DNA of 64,000 nt from Firmicutes bacterium CAG:345. Lineage in GTDB: Bacteria; Bacillota_I; Bacilli_A; RFN20; CAG-288. The stretch is from positions 115,049-179,048 of the forward strand of contig FR893375.1 in NCBI GenBank assembly GCA_000433315.1. The letters run 5' to 3'. The position numbers were made by a program, and so were the translations under genes. Each line of letters starts with the position of its first letter. The first letter of the stretch is position 1. Below are positions 9,488 through 22,670 of this stretch, piece after piece. The notes below the pieces were generated by a model. That model did not search any database, was not told the origin of the DNA, and saw only the letters and a list, made by a program, of their open reading frames with translations.

Positions 9488-11854
9488 ATGATTGACTATA
9501 AAACATGTTTAAATAAACAACAAGAACAGGCAGTAACTTCTACTGCACAACATTTAAGAATAATCGCTGGAGCAGGTACAGGAAAAACCAGAGCTTTAAC
9601 ATATCGAATTGCTTTCTTATTATCTGAAAGAATCGTTCTTCCTTCTCAATTAGTTGCTATTACTTTTACCAATAAAGTCGCTAACGAAATGAAAGAAAGA
9701 GTACAGAGTCTAACAGAACAATATAATCTTCCTATCGATAGAATGCCGCTTATCACAACATATCATAGTTTTTGTTTGCGCTTTTTAAGAAAAGAAATTT
9801 CTTACTTGCCTGGATTTACAAAAAATTTCACCATCGCCGATGATGATGACCAAAAAAAGTATTTAAAAATGACTGCTGAAGCATTAAAAATTAATGTAAA
9901 AGCAGATATTTTTGAACATTTAAAATATGCTTTATGGAATATCAAATGCCTTGGTCTTTTACCTAATGAAGTATCTGAAAAAGATATAGAAGATCCTATT
10001 CTCTCTTATAATTCTTTCATAAATTTCTATTCAAAATATCAAGAAATATTGAAAAAGAACAACACAATGGATTTCGATGATATTTTAATTTTCGCTTACT
10101 ATATCATAAAAAATAATCCTAATGTTAAACAACGTTACCATAATAAATACAAAGCTTTTTTAGTTGATGAATATCAAGATACCAACAATTTACAATATAA
10201 ACTTTTACGTGAGTTTTTATCACCAGATGCTCTTTTAACTGTCGTTGGTGATCCTGACCAAACTATTTATACTTGGAGAGGTGCCGACGCTAAACTCATC
10301 AGCCATGTTTTACCAAAAGATTTTAAAGATTTAGTTACAGTTATTTTGAATGCCAATTATCGTTCGACTCAGACAATTTTAAACACAGCTAATATATTGA
10401 TAAATAACAATACCGACAGAGATAAAAAAAATTTACTAGCTGCCAGCGGTCTAGTAGGAGAAGATATAGATTTTAAAATTTTGCAAAGTCAGGATTTAGA
10501 AGCAAAATACATAGTTTCACAAATAAAAGATAGCGTTTATCGTCGAAACAGAAAATATAATGAAATTTCTATAATATATCGCTCAAACTATTTATCAAGA
10601 GCGCTAGAAATGGCTTTGGCACAAGCTAGAATTCCTTATAAAATTTATGGTGGTTTCCGTTTCTATGATAGAGCTTCTATCAAAGACGCTTTAGCCTATT
10701 TAAGAGTTCTTATCAATCCTGAAGACAACGCCTCAACTTTAAGAATTCTTCAAGCTCCTACAAGAAAAATAGGTCCTATGTCATTAGCATATATAGTTTC
10801 GTTTGCTGATCAAAACCAAATTTCTTATCTTGAAGCTATCGTTAATCATATTGATGAACTAGATATTTCTTCAGTTAGCAAATCTCAACTTCAAAATTAT
10901 AAAAATGCTTTAGCAACCATCTTCAAAAATTTAACCGATACAAATTTCAAAGTAGAAAATATTGCTGATATCATCAAAGAATATTATAAAAATTCTGGCT
11001 TCTTAAATTACATAAATGAAATAGATAAAAAGAAAGAAGAAAAAGAAGGAAAAAGTGCCGATAAAGAACTCGACAATATCAACGAATTACTTGCAAATAT
11101 TCTTTCATTTTTCATCAATCCCCCAGAGGATTCCTTAGATTTAGATGAGAATCTCAATGTCAAAGAACTCGATGCACCAACACTTCTTTCCATGTTTTTA
11201 GCCAATATCGTCTTGATGTCTCAACAAGATGAAATGGATAATAAAGATGCTGTCAATCTCATGACTGTTCACGTTTCCAAAGGTCTAGAATTCAATGAAG
11301 TTTTCATAGCAGGATTAATACAAGGGGTCTTCCCAACATCTCATGCTATTAATTCCATAGATCCAGAAGCTCTGCAAGAAGAAAGAAGAATGTTCTACGT
11401 TGCATTAACACGTGCCAAACAAAAGTTACATGTTACTTCATATCGCGGATATAGTTATATAAGCAATACTGCTAATCAATCATCTCAATTTCTTGAAGAA
11501 GCAGGTCTATTAAAAAGAAACGTCTTCACTCCATTTTCTACCAATTATACTCCACAGACTACAGCGAAAGTACCAACATATAACAATGTTTCTTCTATCC
11601 AAAAGAAAATAAATTCTCTTCCAGAAAAAAAAGTTACAACTGGTCAGATATTCTTGAATTCTTTAGCTAACAATTCAAATACACAAGCTTATAATTATAA
11701 AATCGGAATGCAAGTCATTTCCACAAGTTACGGAATAGGTACAGTTACCGAAATAAACGGAAATAAAGTCAGGGCTGAATTTCCCGATAAAGCCGATAAT
11801 AAATCCGTTCTATTCATCAACACTTCTCGAGCATTCAAACCAAAAGATATGTAA
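9488..11854 (+). CDS. pcrA: ATP-dependent DNA helicase PcrA (UvrD/Rep superfamily 1)
   Basis: Walker A AGAGTGKT, DEYQDT, VGDPDQTIY, NYRS, helicase C-terminal motifs and a C-terminal Tudor-like tail. Conserved pcrA-ligA linkage. Confidence 0.9.
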   Translation: MIDYKTCLNKQQEQAVTSTAQHLRIIAGAGTGKTRALTYRIAFLLSERIVLPSQLVAITFTNKVANEMKERVQSLTEQYNLPIDRMPLITTYHSFCLRFLRKEISYLPGFTKNFTIADDDDQKKYLKMTAEALKINVKADIFEHLKYALWNIKCLGLLPNEVSEKDIEDPILSYNSFINFYSKYQEILKKNNTMDFDDILIFAYYIIKNNPNVKQRYHNKYKAFLVDEYQDTNNLQYKLLREFLSPDALLTVVGDPDQTIYTWRGADAKLISHVLPKDFKDLVTVILNANYRSTQTILNTANILINNNTDRDKKNLLAASGLVGEDIDFKILQSQDLEAKYIVSQIKDSVYRRNRKYNEISIIYRSNYLSRALEMALAQARIPYKIYGGFRFYDRASIKDALAYLRVLINPEDNASTLRILQAPTRKIGPMSLAYIVSFADQNQISYLEAIVNHIDELDISSVSKSQLQNYKNALATIFKNLTDTNFKVENIADIIKEYYKNSGFLNYINEIDKKKEEKEGKSADKELDNINELLANILSFFINPPEDSLDLDENLNVKELDAPTLLSMFLANIVLMSQQDEMDNKDAVNLMTVHVSKGLEFNEVFIAGLIQGVFPTSHAINSIDPEALQEERRMFYVALTRAKQKLHVTSYRGYSYISNTANQSSQFLEEAGLLKRNVFTPFSTNYTPQTTAKVPTYNNVSSIQKKINSLPEKKVTTGQIFLNSLANNSNTQAYNYKIGMQVISTSYGIGTVTEINGNKVRAEFPDKADNKSVLFINTSRAFKPKDM

Positions 11855-11860
11855 TTCTAG

Positions 11861-13882
<2,022 letters not shown>

Positions 13883-13895
13883 AAAGAAGGATAAA

Positions 13896-14192
13896 ATGGA
13901 AAAAATTACTAAAGTACTTCTTGCTGAATGTGGAAAAAATATTAAATTTCAATTAGGCGAAGAACAATTAGAAATTTTAACTGATGAATTTGATACTATT
14001 TTAGCTCAAATGAAATTTTTACATGAAATTCCTGGTCTCGATAGTGTTGAACCTATGACTTTTCCTTATAAAAATCACCAGTTAACTTTAGATGAAGATA
14101 TTCCAGCCACTCCAGTTGAAGCTGATATCGAATTATCTAACACAAAAAATCGTCTTGGAAATCAAGTCAAAATTCCAAAGGTATTAGGTTAA
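13896..14192 (+). CDS. gatC: Asp/Glu-tRNA(Asn/Gln) amidotransferase subunit C
   Basis: About 98 aa, located immediately upstream of and overlapping gatA (TAATG). Confidence 0.85.
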   Translation: MEKITKVLLAECGKNIKFQLGEEQLEILTDEFDTILAQMKFLHEIPGLDSVEPMTFPYKNHQLTLDEDIPATPVEADIELSNTKNRLGNQVKIPKVLG

Positions 14193-15649
14193 TGTCTATG
14201 AAATACATGAATAAATCAATAAAAGAATTACACGAATTGTTAGTTGCTAAAAAAGTTACAGCCAAACAGTTAACAGAAGAAGCTATTGAATTAGCTAAAT
14301 CAAACACCAATAATCTTTTAGAAGCAACAAACTATGAACAAGCTTTAAAAGAAGCCGAAGCTATTACAGAAGTAAAAGAAGAAGAATTCTTCAAAGGAAT
14401 TCCTTATATCGCTAAAGATAATATTTCAACAAAAGGACTTGAAACAACAGCTTCAAGTAAAATACTTGAAGGCTATGTTCCTATTTTCGATGCTGAAGTT
14501 ATAACACGATTAAAAAATGCCGGTGCAATTCTTATTGCCAAATCTACACTTGATGAATTAGCCATGGGAGGAACTGGCACATCTGGTCATAAAGGTGTAA
14601 CAACTAACCCTTATAATCCTGAACACTTAATCGGTGGTTCTTCTTGTGGATCAGCAGCTGCTGTTGCAGCAGGTATCGTTCCATTTGCTCTTGGTTCAGA
14701 TACTGGTGATTCTGTCAGAAAACCAGCTTCTTTTGCTGGACTTGTTGGAATCAAGCCAAGCTGGGGAAGAATTTCTCGTTTAGGTCTTTTTCCTTTTGCC
14801 ACAAGTATGGACGCTATCGGATACTTTACAAGAAATGTTTATGATAGTGCAAAAGTACTTGAACTTCTTGCTGGATATGATGAAAAAGACATGTCATCAA
14901 GCAAAAAAGAAGTTGAAAATTATAGTCACTTTGAAAAAGACACTTCTTCAAAAATAGGTTATTTTAAAGCTATAATTGATAATTTACCTGATGAAGATGT
15001 AAAAAATAGTTTCTTTAAAGTACTTGAAGAATTAAAAAAACAAGGACATGAAATTATCGCATACGATTTTCCACAAGATTTATTAAATGCTATATATCCA
15101 ACTTATATGGTTTTATCCTGTGCTGAAGCAACATCAAATAACGCAAATCTCGACGGAATTCGTTTTGGACCAAATGTTGAAAATGCTAAAGATTATGAAG
15201 ACTACATTATGAAAGCTAGAACAGCTGGCTTTTCTGATATGATCAAAAGACGTTTCATTATCGGAAGTTTTTCTCTTTTAGCTGAAAATCAAGATGAATT
15301 ATTCAGAAATGCTCAAAGAGCAAGAAGATTAATTGTTAATGAACTCAACAAATTTTTCGAAGTTGCTGATCATTTAGTTCTTCCTGCATCTCCAAGTGTT
15401 GCTCCACTTATTTCTTCTGTCACAACAACTTGGAGTAAAAAACCAGATTTTGTTGATAACCATATGGCATTAGCTAATTTTTCTGGTTCTCCTTCAATTA
15501 CTCTTCCTTTGGGATTTAAAAACGATTTACCATTTGGCATAAATATTACCACTCGTCCTTTTGAAGAGAAAAAATTATTTGATATTGCATTAAACATTGA
15601 AGAAATTACTAAATTAAAAGACCTCGTTGCTAATAAGGAGGAAAAATAA
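14192..15649 (+). CDS. gatA: Asp/Glu-tRNA(Asn/Gln) amidotransferase subunit A
   Basis: Amidase signature GGSSCGSAAAVAAG...GSDTGDSVRKPA, in the gatCAB arrangement. Confidence 0.95.
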   Translation: MSMKYMNKSIKELHELLVAKKVTAKQLTEEAIELAKSNTNNLLEATNYEQALKEAEAITEVKEEEFFKGIPYIAKDNISTKGLETTASSKILEGYVPIFDAEVITRLKNAGAILIAKSTLDELAMGGTGTSGHKGVTTNPYNPEHLIGGSSCGSAAAVAAGIVPFALGSDTGDSVRKPASFAGLVGIKPSWGRISRLGLFPFATSMDAIGYFTRNVYDSAKVLELLAGYDEKDMSSSKKEVENYSHFEKDTSSKIGYFKAIIDNLPDEDVKNSFFKVLEELKKQGHEIIAYDFPQDLLNAIYPTYMVLSCAEATSNNANLDGIRFGPNVENAKDYEDYIMKARTAGFSDMIKRRFIIGSFSLLAENQDELFRNAQRARRLIVNELNKFFEVADHLVLPASPSVAPLISSVTTTWSKKPDFVDNHMALANFSGSPSITLPLGFKNDLPFGINITTRPFEEKKLFDIALNIEEITKLKDLVANKEEK

Positions 15650-17071
15650 ATGAATTTTCAACCAGTAATAGGTATCGAAATCCACGTTGAATTAAAGACC
15701 AAATCAAAAATGTTTTCCCGTGGTCCAGTAACTTTTGGACAAATGCCTAACACAGAGACAGTTGCATATGATTTAGGATATCCTGGAGTTATGCCTGTTG
15801 TAAATAAACAAGCTGTAAGATATGGAATAATGTTATCCGAAGCCTTGCATATGAACATAAGCAAAACTTTATATTTCGATAGAAAGAATTATTTTTATTC
15901 CGATTTACCAAAAGGCTATCAAATAACTCAACAAGATCATCCTATTGGTTCTGAAGGATATCTTGAAATTACAACTTCTGAAGGAACTAAAAAAATAGCT
16001 ATAGAACGTGCCCATTTGGAAGAAGATACCGCAAAACAACTTCACCTTGGCGATATGACTCTTGTCGACTATAATAGAGCTGGAACTCCTCTTATTGAAA
16101 TTGTCACACACCCAGTCATCAGAAATGGTGAAGAAGCCAGTAAATATGTTGAAGGAATTCGTGAAATAGTTACTTATTTAGGTATTTCTGATGGCAAAAT
16201 GGAAGAAGGAAATCTCAGATGCGATATCAACATTTCTTTAATGCCTTTTGGAAGCAAAGTTTTTGGTACAAAAGTTGAAGTTAAAAACCTTAACTCAATC
16301 GCCAATGTTAAAGCTGCCCTTGATTACGAAATTCAAAGACAATCAGAAATTCTTCTCTCAGGAGGAAAAATCGATCAAGAAACTCGCCGCTATGATGAAG
16401 GTTTAAAACAAACAATCTTAATGCGTAAAAAAACTAGTGCCATCGATTATAAATACTTCCGTGAACCAAATATTTTACCAATAGATCTTACTGAAGAATT
16501 CATTCAAGATGCAATTTCTCATATGGAAAAACTTCCTTCAAGCTATCGTCAAGAACTTTCCAAAATTGGTTTATCTTCCTATGAAATTGAAGAAGTTTTA
16601 CGAAACAAAGAATTTGTTTTATATTTTGAAAAGACTCTTAAAGAAGGAGCAAAAAATCCAAAAACTTTGTGGAATTTACTCATGGTTGATATTTTAGCTT
16701 ATTTAAATAAGAATGAAATTACACTAAATGAATTGAAATTTGACAATAAAAAATTAGCTAAATTAATCAATCTTCTCGAAGATAAAAAGATCAATTCAAA
16801 ACAAGGAAAACAAGTACTTGAAGAAATGCTTAATACTGGATTAGATCCTGAAGAAATAACAGCAAAATTAGGACTAGCACAAATTTCTGATTTATCCGAA
16901 ATTCAAAAAATTGTCGATGAAGTTATAAAAAATAATCAACAATCCGTATCTGATTATAAAGCAGGTAAGGATCGCGCATTAGGATTTATTGTCGGTCAAG
17001 TCATGAAAGCTTCTCATGGTAAAGCTAATCCATCCCTTGCTAAAGAATTAGTTTTAAAAGCTCTTGCATAA
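15650..17071 (+). CDS. gatB: Asp/Glu-tRNA(Asn/Gln) amidotransferase subunit B
   Basis: N-terminal PVIGIEIHVELKT, DYNRAGTPLIEIVT, and a C-terminal YqeY-like tail (GFIVGQVMK). Confidence 0.95.
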   Translation: MNFQPVIGIEIHVELKTKSKMFSRGPVTFGQMPNTETVAYDLGYPGVMPVVNKQAVRYGIMLSEALHMNISKTLYFDRKNYFYSDLPKGYQITQQDHPIGSEGYLEITTSEGTKKIAIERAHLEEDTAKQLHLGDMTLVDYNRAGTPLIEIVTHPVIRNGEEASKYVEGIREIVTYLGISDGKMEEGNLRCDINISLMPFGSKVFGTKVEVKNLNSIANVKAALDYEIQRQSEILLSGGKIDQETRRYDEGLKQTILMRKKTSAIDYKYFREPNILPIDLTEEFIQDAISHMEKLPSSYRQELSKIGLSSYEIEEVLRNKEFVLYFEKTLKEGAKNPKTLWNLLMVDILAYLNKNEITLNELKFDNKKLAKLINLLEDKKINSKQGKQVLEEMLNTGLDPEEITAKLGLAQISDLSEIQKIVDEVIKNNQQSVSDYKAGKDRALGFIVGQVMKASHGKANPSLAKELVLKALA

Positions 17072-17085
17072 TAAAAACATCTAAA

Positions 17086-17116
17086 ATGGCAGCCAGTAAT
17101 AAGCTGTCATTTTTTG
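17086..17116 (+). terminator. Rho-independent terminator after gatB
   Basis: ATGGCAGC...GCTGTCAT hairpin followed by TTTTT. Confidence 0.7.
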
Positions 17117-17152
17117 TACAAAAAAATGCTAGATAAAAGCAAATCCAGCATC

Positions 17153-18748
17153 TTATTTCAAAGTTTTAAAAAGTTCCAAAGAAGACTCTTTCACTTTATG
17201 AATTGTAATAGTTTCAAACTTCATAATATTGACCAAGCCTTTTTTAGACTTATTTTTCTTCACATCTTTTACTTTCGCCATATAAACATCACCTTCAGAA
17301 AGATGAGAAATATATAGAGCTAATTCAGCAGCAAGCTCACGATATTTTAATTTATCTGTTCCGGAAAGTAGAACAACATGTGCACCTGGATGATCAACAA
17401 CATGAAAGAATAAAGACTGAATAGGAGCAATATCAAAAGTTAAGGATTCATTTTGTAAATCATTCATTCCATAACCAATTTTTCCATGTTCTAAAACAAG
17501 ATAATGTGGCTCATATTTTTTCTTAGAAGATGCCTTTTTTATGCCCTTTTTCCCAGCATTTTTAATATATCCGGTTTCCATCAACTCCGATTTCAATTCC
17601 AATATATCACGAGGTGATCCATTTTCTAAATCTAATAATTTCTTTTGCAAATATTTAATATCATCTTCTGTTTGCAAAATTAATTTTTCTAAAATTGGAA
17701 TTGCTAATTTAGCCTTATGATATTTTTTAAAATATAAATTTGCATTTTCAACAAAAGTTAAAGAATTATCGATAGGAATACTATACCCATCCTTATTTAG
17801 TTTAGTCATAGTTCCATCATCTTCTGTTTGATATAAAAACAATATTTGTCCATAATCTTTATAGATTAAACGCTTTTTGCTTGTTTCAACATCAGATTTC
17901 AAATTATTCAATTTTTTTACGGCTGTTTTCAAATAAGTATTTAACAAATCACGAAGCTTTTTTTCTTTGATATTCATCGCTATTTTTTTCTGATCGGAAA
18001 CATAATAATTATAAATATCATTTACTTTGATAATTTTAGCTTCTGGCAAATCAAAAGAAAACGGCATAATTCCTTTAGGAGTAACATAAAGGTCTTTTGA
18101 TTTTTCTACTTTATTTACAGCTTCTTTTAGCCCAATTTTATCAGCATAAGACTTAAGATAAAATAAAACAGAGCGAGAAAAATAAGGACGTAATTCATCA
18201 ATATTAGAATAATTATTTGAATGATCTTCTCTTTCTTGCAAAGGAATAAAATTCATTCCGCGAGACATATATCTTGGAGAAAGAATATCACCATGTTCCT
18301 TATATAGAGCTATAATCTTATTTGTTTCAGCATTGATGATATAACAATTTGGCAGTTGAGGAACAAGCTCTATTACAATCTTATAATGAGTAACGGTAAT
18401 ATCTAATTCTGGTTTAATTACTTCTGTTTCAATAGTAATTACTCTTTCATTTTTAGTCTTATAAATATCAGTAATTTTTGTTCCTGCTATCCGTTTCAAA
18501 ATATTTCCAAAAGCGGAATTATCTTCAACTTTTGTAAATTTATCAAAACTATACGTTATAAAAGGTTCTGATGGGTCCATTGAAATTATCAAAGTTCCTC
18601 TTCCTTTATTTTCAGTATTTTTTCCAGAATGATAGGGGAAAGCAAAATGAGAATAAGATAGCGAAAAAGAATGATCGAAGAATCCTCCGATCAATTCATT
18701 TTTTATTTCTTCAACAATTATATTTAAAACAGTATTATCTAAAGCCAT
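17153..18748 (-). CDS. rqcH: Ribosome quality-control factor RqcH (NFACT / fibronectin-binding protein A family)
   Basis: NFACT-N region, central coiled coil, and a C-terminal NFACT-R/DUF814 block with FFHVVDHPGAHVVL. Confidence 0.8.
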   Translation of the reverse strand: MALDNTVLNIIVEEIKNELIGGFFDHSFSLSYSHFAFPYHSGKNTENKGRGTLIISMDPSEPFITYSFDKFTKVEDNSAFGNILKRIAGTKITDIYKTKNERVITIETEVIKPELDITVTHYKIVIELVPQLPNCYIINAETNKIIALYKEHGDILSPRYMSRGMNFIPLQEREDHSNNYSNIDELRPYFSRSVLFYLKSYADKIGLKEAVNKVEKSKDLYVTPKGIMPFSFDLPEAKIIKVNDIYNYYVSDQKKIAMNIKEKKLRDLLNTYLKTAVKKLNNLKSDVETSKKRLIYKDYGQILFLYQTEDDGTMTKLNKDGYSIPIDNSLTFVENANLYFKKYHKAKLAIPILEKLILQTEDDIKYLQKKLLDLENGSPRDILELKSELMETGYIKNAGKKGIKKASSKKKYEPHYLVLEHGKIGYGMNDLQNESLTFDIAPIQSLFFHVVDHPGAHVVLLSGTDKLKYRELAAELALYISHLSEGDVYMAKVKDVKKNKSKKGLVNIMKFETITIHKVKESSLELFKTLK

Positions 18749-18930
18749 GACAATATTATAGCAAATTTGAATTGAAAATTAACTAAAAAATAAATATTAA
18801 ACAATTTATATTTTGATAAAAAAATTGTTTCACTTAAAAATTATGCTAAATAAATATATTTATAATTATACCACTATTATATTTCTTTTATTTTTCTTGC
18901 CAAACAACTTAGGTTAGTAAATAATATTAG

Positions 18931-20562
<1,632 letters not shown>

Positions 20563-20724
20563 AAAAATAATATGTTATTTGATTATCCATATAATTAAAA
20601 TAGATTTCAACAACTTTTTATCAATAAATATTGGATTTTTTTCAATTATTCTTGTAAGTAGAATTTTATATTGTTAAGATAGTATTGCATGAATAATATT
20701 TATGCTAAACAGAAAGGTCTTCTA

Positions 20725-20925
20725 ATGACAGGAAAAGTTAAGATGTTCAACAAAGAAAAAGGCTATGGCTTCATCCATGGTGAAGACAACAAAGACTATT
20801 TCTTTCACTACTCCGCATTAATTATGGAAGGCTTTAAGACAATCGCTGAAGGAACTAATGTAACATTTGAAGTTGAATCCAGTGAAAAAGGTCCTAGAGC
20901 TGCCAGTGTTAAAACTGCTGAATAA
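20725..20925 (+). CDS. Cold-shock protein (CspA family)
   Basis: MTGKVKMFNKEKGYGFI with RNP1/RNP2-like motifs (KGYGFI, DYFFH). The start is set at the internal ATG preceded by GAAAGG. Confidence 0.9.
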   Translation: MTGKVKMFNKEKGYGFIHGEDNKDYFFHYSALIMEGFKTIAEGTNVTFEVESSEKGPRAASVKTAE

Positions 20926-20942
20926 AAAAAATTGAACATGTA

Positions 20943-20970
20943 AGTAGCTATATTTATAGCTACTTTTTTT
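20943..20970 (+). terminator. Rho-independent terminator after the csp gene
   Basis: AGTAGCTAT / ATAGCTACT hairpin followed by a T7 run. Confidence 0.8.
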
Positions 20971-21071
20971 ATGCTTTACTAAAATTTACTTTAATAAAGT
21001 AATTATATATAAAAACAATTTGTTATGTTAGAATATACAAGTTAAGAAATTATTATTAATAAGGAGAATAT

Positions 21072-22178
21072 ATGTCATTAAAAGCAGGTATAGTTGGTCT
21101 TCCAAATGTTGGAAAATCAACATTATTTAATGCAATAACCAAAAGTCATGTTGTCGCTGAAAACTATCCATTTGCAACTATTGAGCCTAATACAGGAATC
21201 GTTCCTGTTTCAGATGAGCGCTTTGATAATTTAGTAAAGTTATTTCATCCTAAAAAACAAGTAAAAGCAACATTTGAATTCACAGATATCGCCGGATTAG
21301 TTAAAGGCGCTTCAAGAGGCGAAGGACTAGGAAATCAATTCCTTGGAAATATCCGTAATGTCGATGCTATAGTCCATGTTGTTCGTTGTTTTGAAAGCGA
21401 TGAAATAATTCATGTTGAAGGTTCAGTTGATCCTGTACGTGATGTTGAAACCATAAAATTAGAGCTTATTATGTCAGATGTTGATCTATTGAACAAAAGA
21501 CTTGTAAAAGTACAAAAGAAAGCTCAAATGGGGGCTGATAAGGATTCTGTTGCAGAATATAACTTAATTAACAAACTTTTAGAACCACTAAATAATGGCG
21601 ATTGGTTAGGAGCAAATTTCCCATTAACAGAAAATGAAAAAAAATTAGCTTCTTGTTTCAATCTTTTATCACTAAAGCCTGTTATTTATGTAGGAAACGT
21701 CTCAGAAGAAAGCTATGCAAATCCTGAAAATGACAAATACTTTAAAAAGTTATTAGACTTAGCTGAAAAAGAAGGAGCTGAAGCTATTCCAGTATCAGCA
21801 AAAGTCGAAGAAGATCTTTCATTATTAAATGAAACAGAACGTCTGGAATACTTGGAAATGCTCGGTACTAACTTGTCAGGTCTTGATAAAGTTGCTAAAG
21901 CTTCATACGATATTTTAGGTCTCAAAACTTTCTTCACAGTTGGCGAAGATGAAGTAAGAGCCTGGACTTTTAAAAATGGAATGACAGCACCTCAATGTGC
22001 AGGAGTAATTCACTCTGATTTTGAAAGAGGATTTATCAAAGCTGAAGTTTATAATTACAACGATATTATGGAACATAAATCTGAAGTTGAACTTCGCCAA
22101 TTAGGAAAAATAATGACTGTAGGAAAAGAATATATTGTTAAGGACGGAGATATCATCTTCGTAAAATTCAATGTATGA
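21072..22178 (+). CDS. ychF: Ribosome-binding ATPase YchF
   Basis: GLPNVGKSTLFNA P-loop, DIAGLVKGAS, and a TGS-like C-terminal domain. 368 aa. Confidence 0.95.
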   Translation: MSLKAGIVGLPNVGKSTLFNAITKSHVVAENYPFATIEPNTGIVPVSDERFDNLVKLFHPKKQVKATFEFTDIAGLVKGASRGEGLGNQFLGNIRNVDAIVHVVRCFESDEIIHVEGSVDPVRDVETIKLELIMSDVDLLNKRLVKVQKKAQMGADKDSVAEYNLINKLLEPLNNGDWLGANFPLTENEKKLASCFNLLSLKPVIYVGNVSEESYANPENDKYFKKLLDLAEKEGAEAIPVSAKVEEDLSLLNETERLEYLEMLGTNLSGLDKVAKASYDILGLKTFFTVGEDEVRAWTFKNGMTAPQCAGVIHSDFERGFIKAEVYNYNDIMEHKSEVELRQLGKIMTVGKEYIVKDGDIIFVKFNV

Positions 22179-22657
22179 ACTTAATTGGAACATCATTTGA
22201 TATTCATCAATTATCCCAAGGAAAAGGTATTTTTCTAGGAGGTATTTTTATTAAATGCAATTATAAAGCCATTGCAAGAAGTGATGGTGATGTATTGCTT
22301 CATGCTCTTAGCGAAGCCATTTTCAGTGCCTTAGGATTAGAGGACTTAGGAACTTATTTTCCAGAAAGTGCCCCAGAAACAGAAGATATGGATAGTTCAA
22401 TTATTTTAGATTTTGCAATAAAAAAAATGAAAGAAAGAAATTTTAAAATACAAAACCTTACTGTTCATATTCTTTTACAAAATCCCAAACTCAGTCCTTT
22501 TAAAGAAGAAATAAAAGAAAATATTTCTAGCTTAACAAATCTTTCAAAGCAATTTATTGCTGTTCACGCTGGAACTACTGAATCACTAGGATCTATTGGA
22601 AATAATAAAGCAATTGGTTGCTTTGCCAGTGTATTATTAACAGATCAAGCTGCTTAA
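22175..22657 (+). CDS. ispF: 2-C-methyl-D-erythritol 2,4-cyclodiphosphate synthase
   Basis: GTSFDIHQL, SDGDVLLHA, DLGTYFP and TTESLG motifs. The ATGA overlaps the ychF stop. Confidence 0.85.
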   Translation: MNLIGTSFDIHQLSQGKGIFLGGIFIKCNYKAIARSDGDVLLHALSEAIFSALGLEDLGTYFPESAPETEDMDSSIILDFAIKKMKERNFKIQNLTVHILLQNPKLSPFKEEIKENISSLTNLSKQFIAVHAGTTESLGSIGNNKAIGCFASVLLTDQAA

Positions 22658-22670
22658 ATGCAGCTTTTTT
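22647..22670. terminator. Terminator hairpin between convergent ispF and the PBP gene
   Basis: AAGCTGC-TTAAAT-GCAGCTT followed by a T run. It overlaps the ispF stop codon. Confidence 0.6.
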